Assembly: GCA_000503835.1 (NCBI GenBank)
Contig: CP006914.1
Location: forward strand, 45,790 to 109,789
Direction of reading: 5' to 3'
Source: a candidate division WWE3 bacterium RAAC2_WWE3_1
GTDB lineage: Bacteria > Patescibacteriota > WWE3 > UBA101185 > UBA10185
Length of the DNA: 64,000 nucleotides
Shown: piece after piece, positions 41,525-52,562 of the stretch
Numbering within the stretch: position 1 is the first letter of the stretch
Layout: each line of letters begins with the position of its first letter
Translations under genes and position numbers: made by a program
Notes under the pieces: model-generated
What the model was told of the DNA's origin: nothing
Seen by the model: the letters and a program-made list of their open reading frames with translations, nothing else
Databases searched by the model: none

Positions 41525-42211
41525 ATGAAGTTATCTATTGTTGTTCCCGTGTACAACGAAAAAAACACGATAGAGAAAATTTTAGGGGAGATAAAGGCCG
41601 TCGAAGGTCTGGATAGAGAAATAATAGTGGTGGACGACGCCTCAACGGACGGTACCACTGATATCTTAAAAAGGCTTGAAAAAGAACATCCCGATGTCCG
41701 TTTCTTTTACAAAGAGAAAAACAGAGGCAAGGGGCACACACTGAAGGTGGGGTTTGAACACACCACGGGCGATTACGTTATTGTTCAGGACGCCGATCTC
41801 GAGTACGATCCCAATGACTACCACAAGCTCATCCGCGCTTTAGACGAGCACCATGCCCAGGTTATATATGGAAGTAGATTTTCTGGAAGCTACGAGGATA
41901 TGTCCACGCTACATTACATTGGTAATAAAGTGCTCACCATAATCACGAACCTTTTTTTCGGAGTAATGCTGACCGACATGGAAACCTGTTACAAATTAAT
42001 GCCGGGAGAATTTGTAAGAAAAGTGAACATCAAATCAGATAGGTTCGATTTCGAACCGGAGATAACTGCCAAGATTCTAAAGTCAGGTTTGAAGATAAGA
42101 GAGGTTCCTATTTCTTACAGAGGCCGCACTCACAGCGAAGGTAAAAAAATAACGTGGCGCGACGGCATTCACGCCCTACTCACCCTGATAAAATACAGGT
42201 TTTTAGACTAA
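41525..42211 (+). CDS. GT2 polyprenol-phosphate glycosyltransferase
   Basis: VPVYNE, QDADLEYDP, TDMETCYK, FEPEIT, GKKITWRDG. Confidence 0.92.
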   Translation: MKLSIVVPVYNEKNTIEKILGEIKAVEGLDREIIVVDDASTDGTTDILKRLEKEHPDVRFFYKEKNRGKGHTLKVGFEHTTGDYVIVQDADLEYDPNDYHKLIRALDEHHAQVIYGSRFSGSYEDMSTLHYIGNKVLTIITNLFFGVMLTDMETCYKLMPGEFVRKVNIKSDRFDFEPEITAKILKSGLKIREVPISYRGRTHSEGKKITWRDGIHALLTLIKYRFLD

Positions 42212-42213
42212 TT

Positions 42214-44322
42214 ATGAAAATTACAAAGTTTATTAAGGAAAATTTTTTCATACTGTTGCTAACCGCATTTGTCATTATAAATATAGCGGTGAATTTCCGT
42301 ATAAACGTTTTCCGTTATAACAATTTTGATTTTGGGAAATTCGATCTCGGCAACATGTCTCAGATGCTTTGGAACACAATGCATGGAAGGTTCATGTATC
42401 TGACCGACTACTTTGGGACGAATCTTCCCAGATGGGCAATGAGCCACGTCGATCCAATCCTTTTACTTTTCCTTCCTCTGTTTGCGGCGTATCAGCACCC
42501 ACTAACGCTGGTGGTTTCGCAGTTCGTATTGGTCATCCTGTCTGCATTTTTGGTTTATAAGATAGCTTATTTGCGACTGGGATCAAAGGCGGCTTCGGCA
42601 ATGATCGGTGTCTCATACCTTTTATATCCGGCTCTCGGGTATCTGAACGCGTGGACCGGATTTCACGGTGTTACGGTTGCCATCCCGTTCTTTTTCGGGG
42701 CATTTTACGTTTTCGAAAAAATGTACAAGGATAAAAACTTCAGCAAAAAGAACTTAATTATATTTTGGATTCTTCTTGTCATTACGATGTCCGGGAAAGA
42801 ACAACTTCCTTTATATGTCGTTATGTATTCGCTGTTCATACTTCTGTTTAGACCGCTAAAGGAAGAGGGGAAAAAATTCTATCAAACGATTACCGGAAAG
42901 CTCGGTCTGTCGATGATGGTTGTTTCCACACTCTGGTTTATAACGGTCTTTATTATAATAATCCCGGCTTTTTCGCGTTACAGGGTCGAGGGATACAACA
43001 AATTCGCGCGTGAGATAGGCATAGCGGGGGACACTACACGCGACGTGTCAAAACCCAATTATTTCTTGAGCAGGTATGAAGCATTCGGTGAATCTTACAC
43101 CGATGTTCTTGTAGGAATGATTTTTGACCATCAAAAGGCAATAAGGATATTTTTCGGAGGCGATCGCATTGATAATCTGAGAAAAACCTTTGACCCTGTT
43201 CTATTCTTGCCGTTAGCTTATCCCCAGGTGTTGTTTATCGCAGTTCCCGACTTTATGATAAATTACCTGACTTCGGCCGACGGTGTCGGTACGGCTGAAA
43301 TAACAAACCATAGAATATCCATGATTATTCCCATACTTTTTATATCATCCATTTACGCCATAGGAATGCTGGCCGATACTTTGGGCAACATTAAAAAAAG
43401 ACGCCCTCGTGTCACGAAGGCCGTCCAGCTATTTTTTTCTCTGCTCCTTGTTATTTCAGGAATTAAAACATCGTACGCTTTTAATAACCCGGTTTACCTG
43501 TGGATAGACCAGGCCATCAGAAAAAGAGTTTTGGCAGAATCGGATCCCGGAGCTGTGTGGAAAAGCAAATTGAAGGTGGGGGAGGTGGTAAAACTACCTG
43601 ATTTGGATAACAAAGATGTTGAGTGCGCCGAGAAGATTGTTAATCTCATACCTGACGATGCTTCAGTTACCGGCCCCGACTATTTAGGCGCTCATCTCTC
43701 TTTAAGAGAGACTTACGCGATATTTCCCGGTTTGTACACCAGTGCGGATTACGTGATTGTTGATGTTTTTTCCCGCAAGATTCTGACCATTTTAGATGTT
43801 GAAACAAGTCTGGTGCGTGACGTTACCGCCGACATCATTAAAAGCAAGGATTACGATCTTTTGACCGGGTGCGGCAATCTGTTTGTTTTCAAAAAAGTAG
43901 GGTTCCATGAAAAGACTGACCTTCTTCCCATGCAGGAGAAATTTAGCTATCCGGCAAAATATAAGTACGATATTTTGTTCGGGACCGAAATTGCGGATTA
44001 CGACTACCCCAAACAGGCAACAAGAGGAGTTGCCGAAAACTTCAGACTCGTTTTTTATAAAAGAGAGAGTGACTCTTTGAACGGTTTTGTGATGTACATG
44101 ACTTTTATGAACGACAGGACGGGGGAATTGTATGAAATCGCCAACCTTCCGTCATTTTCACTTATACAGCCGGCCGACTGGGATTCGGGTCGTTACTATG
44201 TTGAGGATCTGAACGTAAACTTTCCGTCTTTTCTGGATGCCGGGGATTACAGAGTTTTCGTCGGAATGTCGAACAAAGTGAAAACCCGCAATTTATACAT
44301 AGGGAATATACTTATAAAATAG
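42214..44322 (+). CDS. DUF2079-like GT-C membrane protein with C-terminal extracellular domain
   Basis: FDLGNMSQ.LWN, HVDPIL, FH and KE motifs; ATG 42214 follows the upstream stop. Confidence 0.72.
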   Translation: MKITKFIKENFFILLLTAFVIINIAVNFRINVFRYNNFDFGKFDLGNMSQMLWNTMHGRFMYLTDYFGTNLPRWAMSHVDPILLLFLPLFAAYQHPLTLVVSQFVLVILSAFLVYKIAYLRLGSKAASAMIGVSYLLYPALGYLNAWTGFHGVTVAIPFFFGAFYVFEKMYKDKNFSKKNLIIFWILLVITMSGKEQLPLYVVMYSLFILLFRPLKEEGKKFYQTITGKLGLSMMVVSTLWFITVFIIIIPAFSRYRVEGYNKFAREIGIAGDTTRDVSKPNYFLSRYEAFGESYTDVLVGMIFDHQKAIRIFFGGDRIDNLRKTFDPVLFLPLAYPQVLFIAVPDFMINYLTSADGVGTAEITNHRISMIIPILFISSIYAIGMLADTLGNIKKRRPRVTKAVQLFFSLLLVISGIKTSYAFNNPVYLWIDQAIRKRVLAESDPGAVWKSKLKVGEVVKLPDLDNKDVECAEKIVNLIPDDASVTGPDYLGAHLSLRETYAIFPGLYTSADYVIVDVFSRKILTILDVETSLVRDVTADIIKSKDYDLLTGCGNLFVFKKVGFHEKTDLLPMQEKFSYPAKYKYDILFGTEIADYDYPKQATRGVAENFRLVFYKRESDSLNGFVMYMTFMNDRTGELYEIANLPSFSLIQPADWDSGRYYVEDLNVNFPSFLDAGDYRVFVGMSNKVKTRNLYIGNILIK

Positions 44323-44326
44323 GAAT

Positions 44327-45796
44327 ATGAAAGAACTGGGAAAATGGCAGATTATAAGTTTTGTATCCAGGTCCCTGGCCATGCTTTTGGGGCTGGTGCA
44401 GACGTTTGTAATAATCCGTGTTTTAAGCGTAGGTGAGTGGGGAATCGTTCAACTGGCGATATCTATAGGCGGCGCTTTGGGGATATATCAGCACCTCGGA
44501 CTTGCTTCGGCCAGTACCCGTGAAATTTCCTCGGCCGATGACGACAAAGAAGTTTTCAAGATATTTGTTACATCAGCTTTTATAAGGTACGCTATCACAC
44601 TTCCTATCGCAGTCGGTCTCTTTTTTGCGGCGAATTATGTAGCCGTCGGTATCTATAAGAACGCAGCTCTCGTCCTTCCCATTAAAATCTATGCCCTGAC
44701 TTTAATTTTTCAGGGGGTTCAAAGCATACTGAATTCGGTCATCTCGGGAACAAAAAGGTTCAAACAACTTTTCCTGTACCAGGTGGCAATCGCTGCCGTG
44801 AGTGTAGTTATTTTTATTCCCCTGGTTTTAGCGTACAGAGTTAACGGATATTTTTACGCGTTTTTTCTGTTCAACGCCCTCAGTTCTATCGTTCTAAGTT
44901 ACATGGCATTTAAACCTCTAAGAGGCAGTATGCAGTTTCCGAGCCGCTCGGATTTTAAACGTCTCTTTAAAGAAATATTTTCTATTTCGATGGCGATATA
45001 TCTTGTGAAAATTATCTACACAAACTGGGAGAAGTTCGGTAGTAATGTTCTGGGTTTATTTAACTCTCCCGAGATTGTGGCCATTTTTGCATTCGCTCTT
45101 TTGTATGCAAAAAAATTAATGAGCATTTCTGACGCCGTTACGGATGTGAACCTTCCGGTCCTTTCCGAAAAATATGTTAAGAACGTCGACGATTTTAAAA
45201 GACTTTTTACGAGGAATTTTGACAAGATATTTATCAGTGTTATAGCTGTGGCGGCTTTCGCGTCGTATTGGGCGCCTGAAATCGTGAGTTTGGTTGTAGG
45301 AGGGGACAAATATGCGGATTCTTACACCCTTATATCACCGGTAATTTTCGCTTTTATCCTTTATTCTTTTATTAATATCGTGAAATCCAGCGTTCTCATT
45401 CCGGCAAAAATGGTGAAACACATGATTATAGGATTTGTTCTGTTGCTGGTGTCCTCAGCGGTGTTCTTTTTCGGCACCTATCACGGCATCGGAGCGCTTC
45501 CGGGAATGGCGTGGGGGATGGCATTCGGAGCGACGGTGTCCTTTATATATATAAATATTGCCATAAGTAAAAAATTAAAATTCAGCTATTTCAACATAGA
45601 CCACCTTGCTATTCTGATTCAGGCGTTTTCGATTTCAATGGTCGCAATGCTTCCGCCCAATATAAAAATACCGTTCTTTTTTGTTTTGTTCGGTATGTTA
45701 ATTTGGGCATTCTTTATCCCGGGGTACCTGACCAAAAGTGAAATAAGAAACGGATTTGATTACGCGAAGAAATTTGTTAAAGCATTGAAGAGGTAG
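44327..45796 (+). CDS. Wzx/MOP-family oligosaccharide flippase
   Basis: About 12-14 TM helices; RVLSV.EWG pattern; locus context. Confidence 0.8.
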   Translation: MKELGKWQIISFVSRSLAMLLGLVQTFVIIRVLSVGEWGIVQLAISIGGALGIYQHLGLASASTREISSADDDKEVFKIFVTSAFIRYAITLPIAVGLFFAANYVAVGIYKNAALVLPIKIYALTLIFQGVQSILNSVISGTKRFKQLFLYQVAIAAVSVVIFIPLVLAYRVNGYFYAFFLFNALSSIVLSYMAFKPLRGSMQFPSRSDFKRLFKEIFSISMAIYLVKIIYTNWEKFGSNVLGLFNSPEIVAIFAFALLYAKKLMSISDAVTDVNLPVLSEKYVKNVDDFKRLFTRNFDKIFISVIAVAAFASYWAPEIVSLVVGGDKYADSYTLISPVIFAFILYSFINIVKSSVLIPAKMVKHMIIGFVLLLVSSAVFFFGTYHGIGALPGMAWGMAFGATVSFIYINIAISKKLKFSYFNIDHLAILIQAFSISMVAMLPPNIKIPFFFVLFGMLIWAFFIPGYLTKSEIRNGFDYAKKFVKALKR

Positions 45797-45797
45797 T

Positions 45798-47372
45798 ATG
45801 AAATTATGGAGCAGATCGCCGGATCTTATTAAAAACAAGTATATTGCTATCATTTTCTTCATTGTAGTTTTTTCCTTAACACGTTTTCTTTTTCTCGGAT
45901 CCGATGAGATAAATCCTGACGGAGTTAACTGGCATTATAGGTCGCAGCAATTTATTGTCGGTTTAAAATCGGGAGATTTTGAGCGAACTTACCAGCATTA
46001 CCACCCGGGCGTTACCTTAATGTGGATTACCGGAGTGCCGATTGAGCTCTACAAACAAATCACCGGCATCACCGCGTACGATCAGTTTAATTTTTCGGCA
46101 TTTAACACGGTTGCCAAAGTTTCTGTGGTCCTGGTCCAGCTAATTCTGACTTTTATCCTTTTATATCATCTTTCTAAGATTGTGGGGTTCAAAACCGCTT
46201 ATTTTTCGGTATTTCTATTCTCATTAGAACCTTTTTTTATGGGCAATTCCCGTTTGTACCACATGGACGTACTGCTGACCCTTTTTGTGTTTGTTGCCCT
46301 GCTTATAAGCTGGGTGAATTTGAAGGATTTTAGCTATAAAAAATCATTTCTGGCGGGCATATTTCTTTCGCTTTCGTTCCTGACCAAGAGTATCGGAATA
46401 GGTGCCTTATTCTTTGTTTTGCTCTTTTCCACCGCCTATTTCGCGAATAAAAAGGACATGAAAGGGCTGTTGAAGTATTTTTCCACAATTCTCGGGGCTT
46501 TTGTCTTAACAACTTTTATCCTCTTTCCGGCATTATGGGTGAGACCGGCATTTTATTTATCCGAAATATTTGCCGAGTCAGAAAGGGTCGGAATTAGAAA
46601 AGGACACGAGCAAATAATATTAGGAGAGACAACTCAGGACGCAGGAATTTTATTTTATCCGCTGGTAGTATTTATGAAAACAACACCTTTTTTATTGATA
46701 GGATTAGTTCTGTGTTTTGTTAAATGTTTCAGGTCCTATACAGCGCCCGCAAAAAACATCAGCTCGAAATATTCCAACCCTTATCTTTATCTCGGGTTGT
46801 TTTATCTCGGATATTTTTTCGTAATGATCTACCCGTCGAAGAAACTGGACAGGTATATGCTCCCTCTTTACCCTTTCTTAGCGTTAGCGGCTTCGTACGG
46901 AATTATAAGATCCTATTCCTTAATAAAAACGGCAAAGATGAAAAAGATATTTATGAGCGGGGTGGTATTTTTGTTCACGCTTTTTTATATTGTTCCGGCA
47001 ATCTCTTATTTTCCTTATTATTTCACGTATACAAGCCCTTTGTTCGGTTCACCCGTTTCGGCCAACAGAGTAATCGCTCAAAAACCTTTCGGTATAGCAG
47101 TTCCTGCTCTCAGGGATTACATAATCGACAGGTACGGCGGCGAGCCGGAGCTTGGTTTTATCGATACAAAACCCATGAAATCCATTTATTCAAATTCAAA
47201 AGTTGCGGATATCAGGGTAAACGGAACAAGTGATTATGAACTGTTAATTTTAGGAATAAACGAGGAAATGCCTGAAAAGGTTTTAAAGAGCGGCACAAGA
47301 TTCAGAAAAGATTCTTCGCTGTACGTTAACGGTCTGGAGTACTGGAGAATATATGTCAAAGAAGACAAGTAG
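45798..47372 (+). CDS. GT-C (ArnT/PMT-like) glycosyltransferase
   Basis: NPDG, HPGVTLMW, EPF..SR...D, LTK, DRY. Confidence 0.8.
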   Translation: MKLWSRSPDLIKNKYIAIIFFIVVFSLTRFLFLGSDEINPDGVNWHYRSQQFIVGLKSGDFERTYQHYHPGVTLMWITGVPIELYKQITGITAYDQFNFSAFNTVAKVSVVLVQLILTFILLYHLSKIVGFKTAYFSVFLFSLEPFFMGNSRLYHMDVLLTLFVFVALLISWVNLKDFSYKKSFLAGIFLSLSFLTKSIGIGALFFVLLFSTAYFANKKDMKGLLKYFSTILGAFVLTTFILFPALWVRPAFYLSEIFAESERVGIRKGHEQIILGETTQDAGILFYPLVVFMKTTPFLLIGLVLCFVKCFRSYTAPAKNISSKYSNPYLYLGLFYLGYFFVMIYPSKKLDRYMLPLYPFLALAASYGIIRSYSLIKTAKMKKIFMSGVVFLFTLFYIVPAISYFPYYFTYTSPLFGSPVSANRVIAQKPFGIAVPALRDYIIDRYGGEPELGFIDTKPMKSIYSNSKVADIRVNGTSDYELLILGINEEMPEKVLKSGTRFRKDSSLYVNGLEYWRIYVKEDK

Positions 47373-48867
47373 TCTTTTATACTTGATAATATTTCTTGCC
47401 CTGGTTTTGAGACTGGCAGGAATAAGTCACGGGTTCCCGTTTATTTTTCATCCCGACGAACCGACCATAGTTCAATCGGCTCTCGGAGTGAGGTTCGATC
47501 CGAATCCTGGTCATTTCGACTGGCCCCATTTTTTTATATACGCTAATTATTTTGTTTTTAACATCTTTGCCAAAATCCGTGACCTCGCTGTAGATTACAA
47601 CATTCAGAACTTCATGATAAAAATATTTCCATTAATGTGGGACGACACCGTCGTATTTTATTTTATTACGCGCGTTTTTGTGGCAGTGCTCGGGGGGCTC
47701 ACTGTTATTCCCGTATATAAAACAGGAAAAGTTCTTTTCGGCGAGAAAGTGGGTTTACTGTCGGCTCTGGCTTTTGCCGTGATACCTTTTCATGTCCGGC
47801 ACTCTCATTACTCCCTGCCGGATACGCCCATGTTGTTCTTCTTATCCTGGGGGATTTACTTTGCAGCCCGAATTCTATCTCAGGGATACCCTATAGACTA
47901 CGTCTTTTCGGGTTTGTTTATAGGAATAGCCGCCTCAACCAAGTATAACGGGGGTCTGGGAGCCCTTACGGTGCCTTTGGCGGCGTTTTTACGCCGGGTG
48001 CTGGTGAAAATGCGTCTCTCGGAAAATTTATCAGAAACAAGGGGGGATTTTCCCTATTTTAAGACCGTTCTGAACCTTATTTTGTCCGGAATTTTTGCTT
48101 TTTTGGGGTTTGTCCTAGGAACTCCTTACTCGGTACTGGATTACAAGACTTTTAGCAGGACAGACTCGCCGCTGGGGGCCTTTTGGCAGTTCACAAATGT
48201 CGGTTCCGTGGATTTTGCGGAGCACGTTAGTAAATTTTTCACTGATATTAGTTTTAAGATCTCAGATGATATGGGGTACACAATTTTGGTCTCTCTCTTT
48301 TTAACTTTAGGTGTAGTGTTAATAAGATTTTTGAAAGGTACGTTTTCAAGATTCGATGTATCGTTAATGTTTTTAATTGTTTCGGCGTTAGTTTTCATTT
48401 ACTACATCTCAGGTTTTGAAAAAAGCCGTTCGCAATATTATTTCATTATTTATCCTTTTGTATCCGTAGTTTTCGGTTATTTTTGTGTGTGGGTAGTGAA
48501 TAAGATAAGTTTGGGAATGAAGCCTCTTTATTTTCCAGTCATACTCCTGCTATTTTTAGCGCCTTTTTACCTTTCGGTTGATACCGCTGTGAGATTTTTG
48601 AGAAATGACACCCGTCTTGACCTGAAAAAATTCTTAGAGACGGAAGTACCGTTTGGCACGAGGGTAGTTTACGGAAGTTCGGACGCCGCGGCGGTATCGA
48701 AATACGTTTTTAACAACGCAGTAAAAGATCCCGGTAAGTTACCTAAAGGAACGCGGTATTATTACATAGAATTAAACAAGGGCGTCTCTTCAGGCCGTGC
48801 TATTTTCGAGGTGTCCAATAAGGGCAGAATAGGGCCGTATATCACTGTCGAGGAGATGATTAGATGA
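47353..48867 (+). CDS. GT-C (ArnT/PMT-like) glycosyltransferase
   Basis: HPDE, SHY..PD, STKYNG; polytopic. Confidence 0.8.
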   Translation: MSKKTSSLLYLIIFLALVLRLAGISHGFPFIFHPDEPTIVQSALGVRFDPNPGHFDWPHFFIYANYFVFNIFAKIRDLAVDYNIQNFMIKIFPLMWDDTVVFYFITRVFVAVLGGLTVIPVYKTGKVLFGEKVGLLSALAFAVIPFHVRHSHYSLPDTPMLFFLSWGIYFAARILSQGYPIDYVFSGLFIGIAASTKYNGGLGALTVPLAAFLRRVLVKMRLSENLSETRGDFPYFKTVLNLILSGIFAFLGFVLGTPYSVLDYKTFSRTDSPLGAFWQFTNVGSVDFAEHVSKFFTDISFKISDDMGYTILVSLFLTLGVVLIRFLKGTFSRFDVSLMFLIVSALVFIYYISGFEKSRSQYYFIIYPFVSVVFGYFCVWVVNKISLGMKPLYFPVILLLFLAPFYLSVDTAVRFLRNDTRLDLKKFLETEVPFGTRVVYGSSDAAAVSKYVFNNAVKDPGKLPKGTRYYYIELNKGVSSGRAIFEVSNKGRIGPYITVEEMIR

Positions 48868-50480
48868 TGCTTAAATTGCTCAAAAATTACAAAATAGAAA
48901 TAATTTTCGTCTTACTTTTTATATTGTCCAGGTTTCCTGACCTTGGGTACGACGTCTTCAATACCGACGTGTGGAAATGGAAAGCCAGGAGCTACGATTT
49001 CGGAACCGGTGTTTTTACATGGGATTTGGAAAAGACAATTCAGAAATATCACCCGGGTGTCACTTTGATGTGGCTCGGAACCGCGGCAATCAAGGTTTAC
49101 AATTTTTATTCCGGATACTATCCGGTGGAAAATAATACCCAAATGATCTTTCAACTGCACTTTGTACAGAAACTTTTTGTTACGACGGCAGTAGCTGTAA
49201 CTTTGGCGTTCGGTCTTTTTGTATTAAAAAAGTTATTCGGGGCAAGAAAAGCCTTGCTCGTTGTTGCATTACTTAGTTTAGAACCTTTTTACATTGCACT
49301 GACACGCGTTTTTCATTTGGAGGGATTAATGTCGACTTTCATGTTTGCATCGTTTCTCTGGCTTTATTATTACACCCTCGATGTAACCAAGAAAAAAAGG
49401 TTATTACTTTCGGCGGTATTTGCCGGTTTGGCGTTCTTGACCAAGACATCGGCGTTATTTATGTTCCCTTATGCGGGGTTAATTCTGTTGCTGGAGGGTT
49501 GGAAGAGATCAAAGAATTTTGCGGGGGCCGTACGCGATGCTCTGCCGAAGATAGGGCAGTGGATTTTGGTATTCGCGGTCGTATTTGTGGCAGTTTGGCC
49601 AGCTATGTGGGCTTTTCCGAGCCAGGCTCTAAGTGCATTGTATAGAGGGGTTTCGGAGATAGGGATTGAGAGGGAGCACGTGCAATTCTATTTCGGCAGT
49701 CTCGTCGAAGATCCCGGCTTTTTTTACTATTTTGTAGTTTTGGGGCTAAGGTCCTCGTACCTGTTAATTTTAGGTTTAGCCGGTGTCGCGGTCTTTTGGA
49801 AAAAAATATTCAATGAAGGACAACGAAAGTTTTTGTTCTACATTTTGTTATTTGTAGGATTTTACTTTGCACAGTTGATTATCCCTACGAAAAAGCTGGA
49901 CCGCTACATTCTGCCGAATATTATGATGCTCTCTCTTGTCACTTCTTTGTTCTGGATTTGGGTTCTGGAAAAGATAAAAGGCAGAAGCTTTCTCAAATTC
50001 ATCCCGTTGGTAGCAGTGGCAATAATTCCGATGTTATATCTTCATCCTGATTATTTGTCGTATTACAACCCGATCTTCGGCGGCCTTAAAAAAGGAATAA
50101 ACGTTTTGGAACCTAAATGGATGATCGGGGGCAAAGAAATAATAGCTTTCTTTGAACAAAAAATGATCGAAGATGGGACACAGCCGGTATACAGCGATAC
50201 TTCGCCGGAGAGAATAATGAACGGTACGGGCACGCCAAATATACTAACCGTAGCTTTCCAGGAAAAATATTATACTCAGATACATCCTTTTTTCCGTAGA
50301 ATAGGGGGATTTGCGGTCATCGAGGATCTTACGCCTTTTGCGGTCAAGACAAAATATTTTGTCTACCCGGTCTGGAACGACGTTTCTGCGGAAGAAAAAA
50401 GATTCGGGCTCAGGTACATCGATAGTATTTATCTCCGGGGCGTGGAGGTGTACAGGGTCTACGAAAGAACTCCATTATGA
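48864..50480 (+). CDS. GT-C (ArnT/PMT-like) glycosyltransferase, paralog of 45798..47372
   Basis: HPGVTLMW, EPF..TR...E, LTK, KKLDRY. Confidence 0.8.
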   Translation: MMLKLLKNYKIEIIFVLLFILSRFPDLGYDVFNTDVWKWKARSYDFGTGVFTWDLEKTIQKYHPGVTLMWLGTAAIKVYNFYSGYYPVENNTQMIFQLHFVQKLFVTTAVAVTLAFGLFVLKKLFGARKALLVVALLSLEPFYIALTRVFHLEGLMSTFMFASFLWLYYYTLDVTKKKRLLLSAVFAGLAFLTKTSALFMFPYAGLILLLEGWKRSKNFAGAVRDALPKIGQWILVFAVVFVAVWPAMWAFPSQALSALYRGVSEIGIEREHVQFYFGSLVEDPGFFYYFVVLGLRSSYLLILGLAGVAVFWKKIFNEGQRKFLFYILLFVGFYFAQLIIPTKKLDRYILPNIMMLSLVTSLFWIWVLEKIKGRSFLKFIPLVAVAIIPMLYLHPDYLSYYNPIFGGLKKGINVLEPKWMIGGKEIIAFFEQKMIEDGTQPVYSDTSPERIMNGTGTPNILTVAFQEKYYTQIHPFFRRIGGFAVIEDLTPFAVKTKYFVYPVWNDVSAEEKRFGLRYIDSIYLRGVEVYRVYERTPL

Positions 50481-51754
50481 TCGGAGCGCTAATACAAAAG
50501 GTAAAAAGCAATCAATATTTGATTGGGACGGTTTATATAGGTGCGGGCAGTATTTTCGCGGCAATTTTTTCTTACCTTCTCCAGTTCGTTTTCGGAAGAA
50601 TTCTTTCGGTCGCAGATTTCGGGTCATTTAACGCTTTAATCTCATTAACATATTTAGTCGGAGTTCCCGCGGGGGTGTTCGGTGTTTCACTCGTAAAATA
50701 TGTTTCGGAACTTTCATCAAAACAGGACACAAAAAAACTTACCGCTTTGTACTGGAAACTGCTAGTGCTGTCTCTGTTGCTCGGAGTGGGAATTTCACTA
50801 ATTATATTTTTGTTAAGATCCGGTATTTCGGAGCAGTTAAAGATCTACGATAACAATGCTATTACCGCTTACGCCATACTGATGGGATTATCGTTTGTGG
50901 GGGCCATACCATCTTCGTATCTACAAGGTCTTCTGAGGTATCGTGCCTTCGCATTTTTTAACGTTACCTCCAGCTTTTATCGTTTTGCCTTGTCGGCTTT
51001 AGCTGTTCTACTCGGATTTGAACTGACCGGAGCCTTCGGAGGAATGTTTGTAGCAGGTCTGTTGGCAATAATTACCGCATTTTTTATTTTGCGAAAAAAT
51101 CTCACCGTATTTGAAAACATAAGTTTAGTCGATGACTACAAAAAATTGGTCGCATTCAGTCTGCCGGTAATATTTGTTAATTTCGGACTAATGCTTTTAA
51201 ACAATATCGATCTCATCCTCGTCAAGAAATATTTTGAACCTGAGACAGCCGGTTATTACGCGGGCACCGTAACTTTGGGTAAAATTTTTCTGTTCGGGGC
51301 CGGTGCCGTATCGACAGTAATGTTCCCGACCATTTCCTCTTTGGCAGCCCGTGGGTTAAATTACAGCCGGGCGTTCTTTAAATTTTTATCACTGCAGTTG
51401 GTGTTGGTAGCGGGGGGATTAGTTATCTTCTTCGTTTTTCCCTCGTTCCTTACAAGACTGTTCTTCGGAGAAAGATTTATGAACTCGGTGGAATATCTGC
51501 CGATGTTCTCGCTTTTCATCGGTCTTTATATAGTTATAAATTTTCTCATTCTTTTCTTTTTGGCCGTCAGTAGAACATCGGTGTTCCTTCTTTTGCTACC
51601 CGGGCTTATAGTGCAGTACCTGCTCATAAATTCAAACCACATGACTTTGTACGATATAATCACCGCGGACATATATGCTGGTATAATCAGCCTAGTACTT
51701 CTTACCGCGTTCTTCGTTATAGGAAGCAATGGAAAAAGAACAAAAGAAATCTGA
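50477..51754 (+). CDS. Wzx-like flippase
   Basis: RILS..DFG, DLILVK.YF...AGYY, MFP. Confidence 0.82.
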   Translation: MIGALIQKVKSNQYLIGTVYIGAGSIFAAIFSYLLQFVFGRILSVADFGSFNALISLTYLVGVPAGVFGVSLVKYVSELSSKQDTKKLTALYWKLLVLSLLLGVGISLIIFLLRSGISEQLKIYDNNAITAYAILMGLSFVGAIPSSYLQGLLRYRAFAFFNVTSSFYRFALSALAVLLGFELTGAFGGMFVAGLLAIITAFFILRKNLTVFENISLVDDYKKLVAFSLPVIFVNFGLMLLNNIDLILVKKYFEPETAGYYAGTVTLGKIFLFGAGAVSTVMFPTISSLAARGLNYSRAFFKFLSLQLVLVAGGLVIFFVFPSFLTRLFFGERFMNSVEYLPMFSLFIGLYIVINFLILFFLAVSRTSVFLLLLPGLIVQYLLINSNHMTLYDIITADIYAGIISLVLLTAFFVIGSNGKRTKEI

Positions 51755-52562
51755 AAAACTAGTTTCGATAATTGTTCCTGCGTACAAACAAGAAAAAACC
51801 ATTAAACAGGATCTTGAAAGTATTCTGAACACTCTGCTTCAGACCAGATGGGAGTTTGAGATTATAGTTGTTGTCGACGGATTTTTAGACAAAACATACG
51901 ATATTGCCAGGTCCTTAGAAAATAAAAAACTAAAGGTTTACGGTTATGAAACAAATAAAGGTAAAGGTTACGCGATAAGATACGGAATGGCACGGGCATC
52001 GGGTGATTACATTTCGTTCATCGACGCGGGAATGGACATAAATCCTAACGGAATATCAATGCTCCTGGAACACATGGAATGGTACGGAGCGGATATTATT
52101 GTCGGGAGTAAGAAACACCCTGTTTCGAAAGTTGATTATCCTCTTGTGAGAAAAATCTATAGCTGGGGTTATCACACTTTGGTGGGGTTGCTTTTCGGGC
52201 TTAAAGTAAAGGATACGCAGACGGGGTTGAAAGTATTTAAAAGAGAAGTGCTTATAAAAGTCCTCCCCCGTTTACTGATAAAAGAGTTTGCTTTTGATAT
52301 CGAGTTATTGTCGGTAGCAAGCCATCTGGGGTTTGTTAATATTTACGAAGCTCCGGTGCACCTCACTATGGATTTCTCCCGGTCTACCTTCTCCCCATTT
52401 TTTCTTCTGGATAAAAACATCAGGAATATGCTTGTGGATACTGCAGCAGTTTTTTACAGGCTTAAAATATTAAAATACTACGACGATTCCAGTAACAGAA
52501 AATGGGTGTATGACAAAGAACTTGACATGAGAATTAACACTGGAGAGTTGAGAAATGAATAG
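51729..52562 (+). CDS. GT2, polyprenol-phosphate glycosyltransferase-like
   Basis: VPAYKQE, VVDG, GKGYA, DTQTGLK, FAFDIE. Confidence 0.88.
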   Translation: MEKEQKKSEKLVSIIVPAYKQEKTIKQDLESILNTLLQTRWEFEIIVVVDGFLDKTYDIARSLENKKLKVYGYETNKGKGYAIRYGMARASGDYISFIDAGMDINPNGISMLLEHMEWYGADIIVGSKKHPVSKVDYPLVRKIYSWGYHTLVGLLFGLKVKDTQTGLKVFKREVLIKVLPRLLIKEFAFDIELLSVASHLGFVNIYEAPVHLTMDFSRSTFSPFFLLDKNIRNMLVDTAAVFYRLKILKYYDDSSNRKWVYDKELDMRINTGELRNE

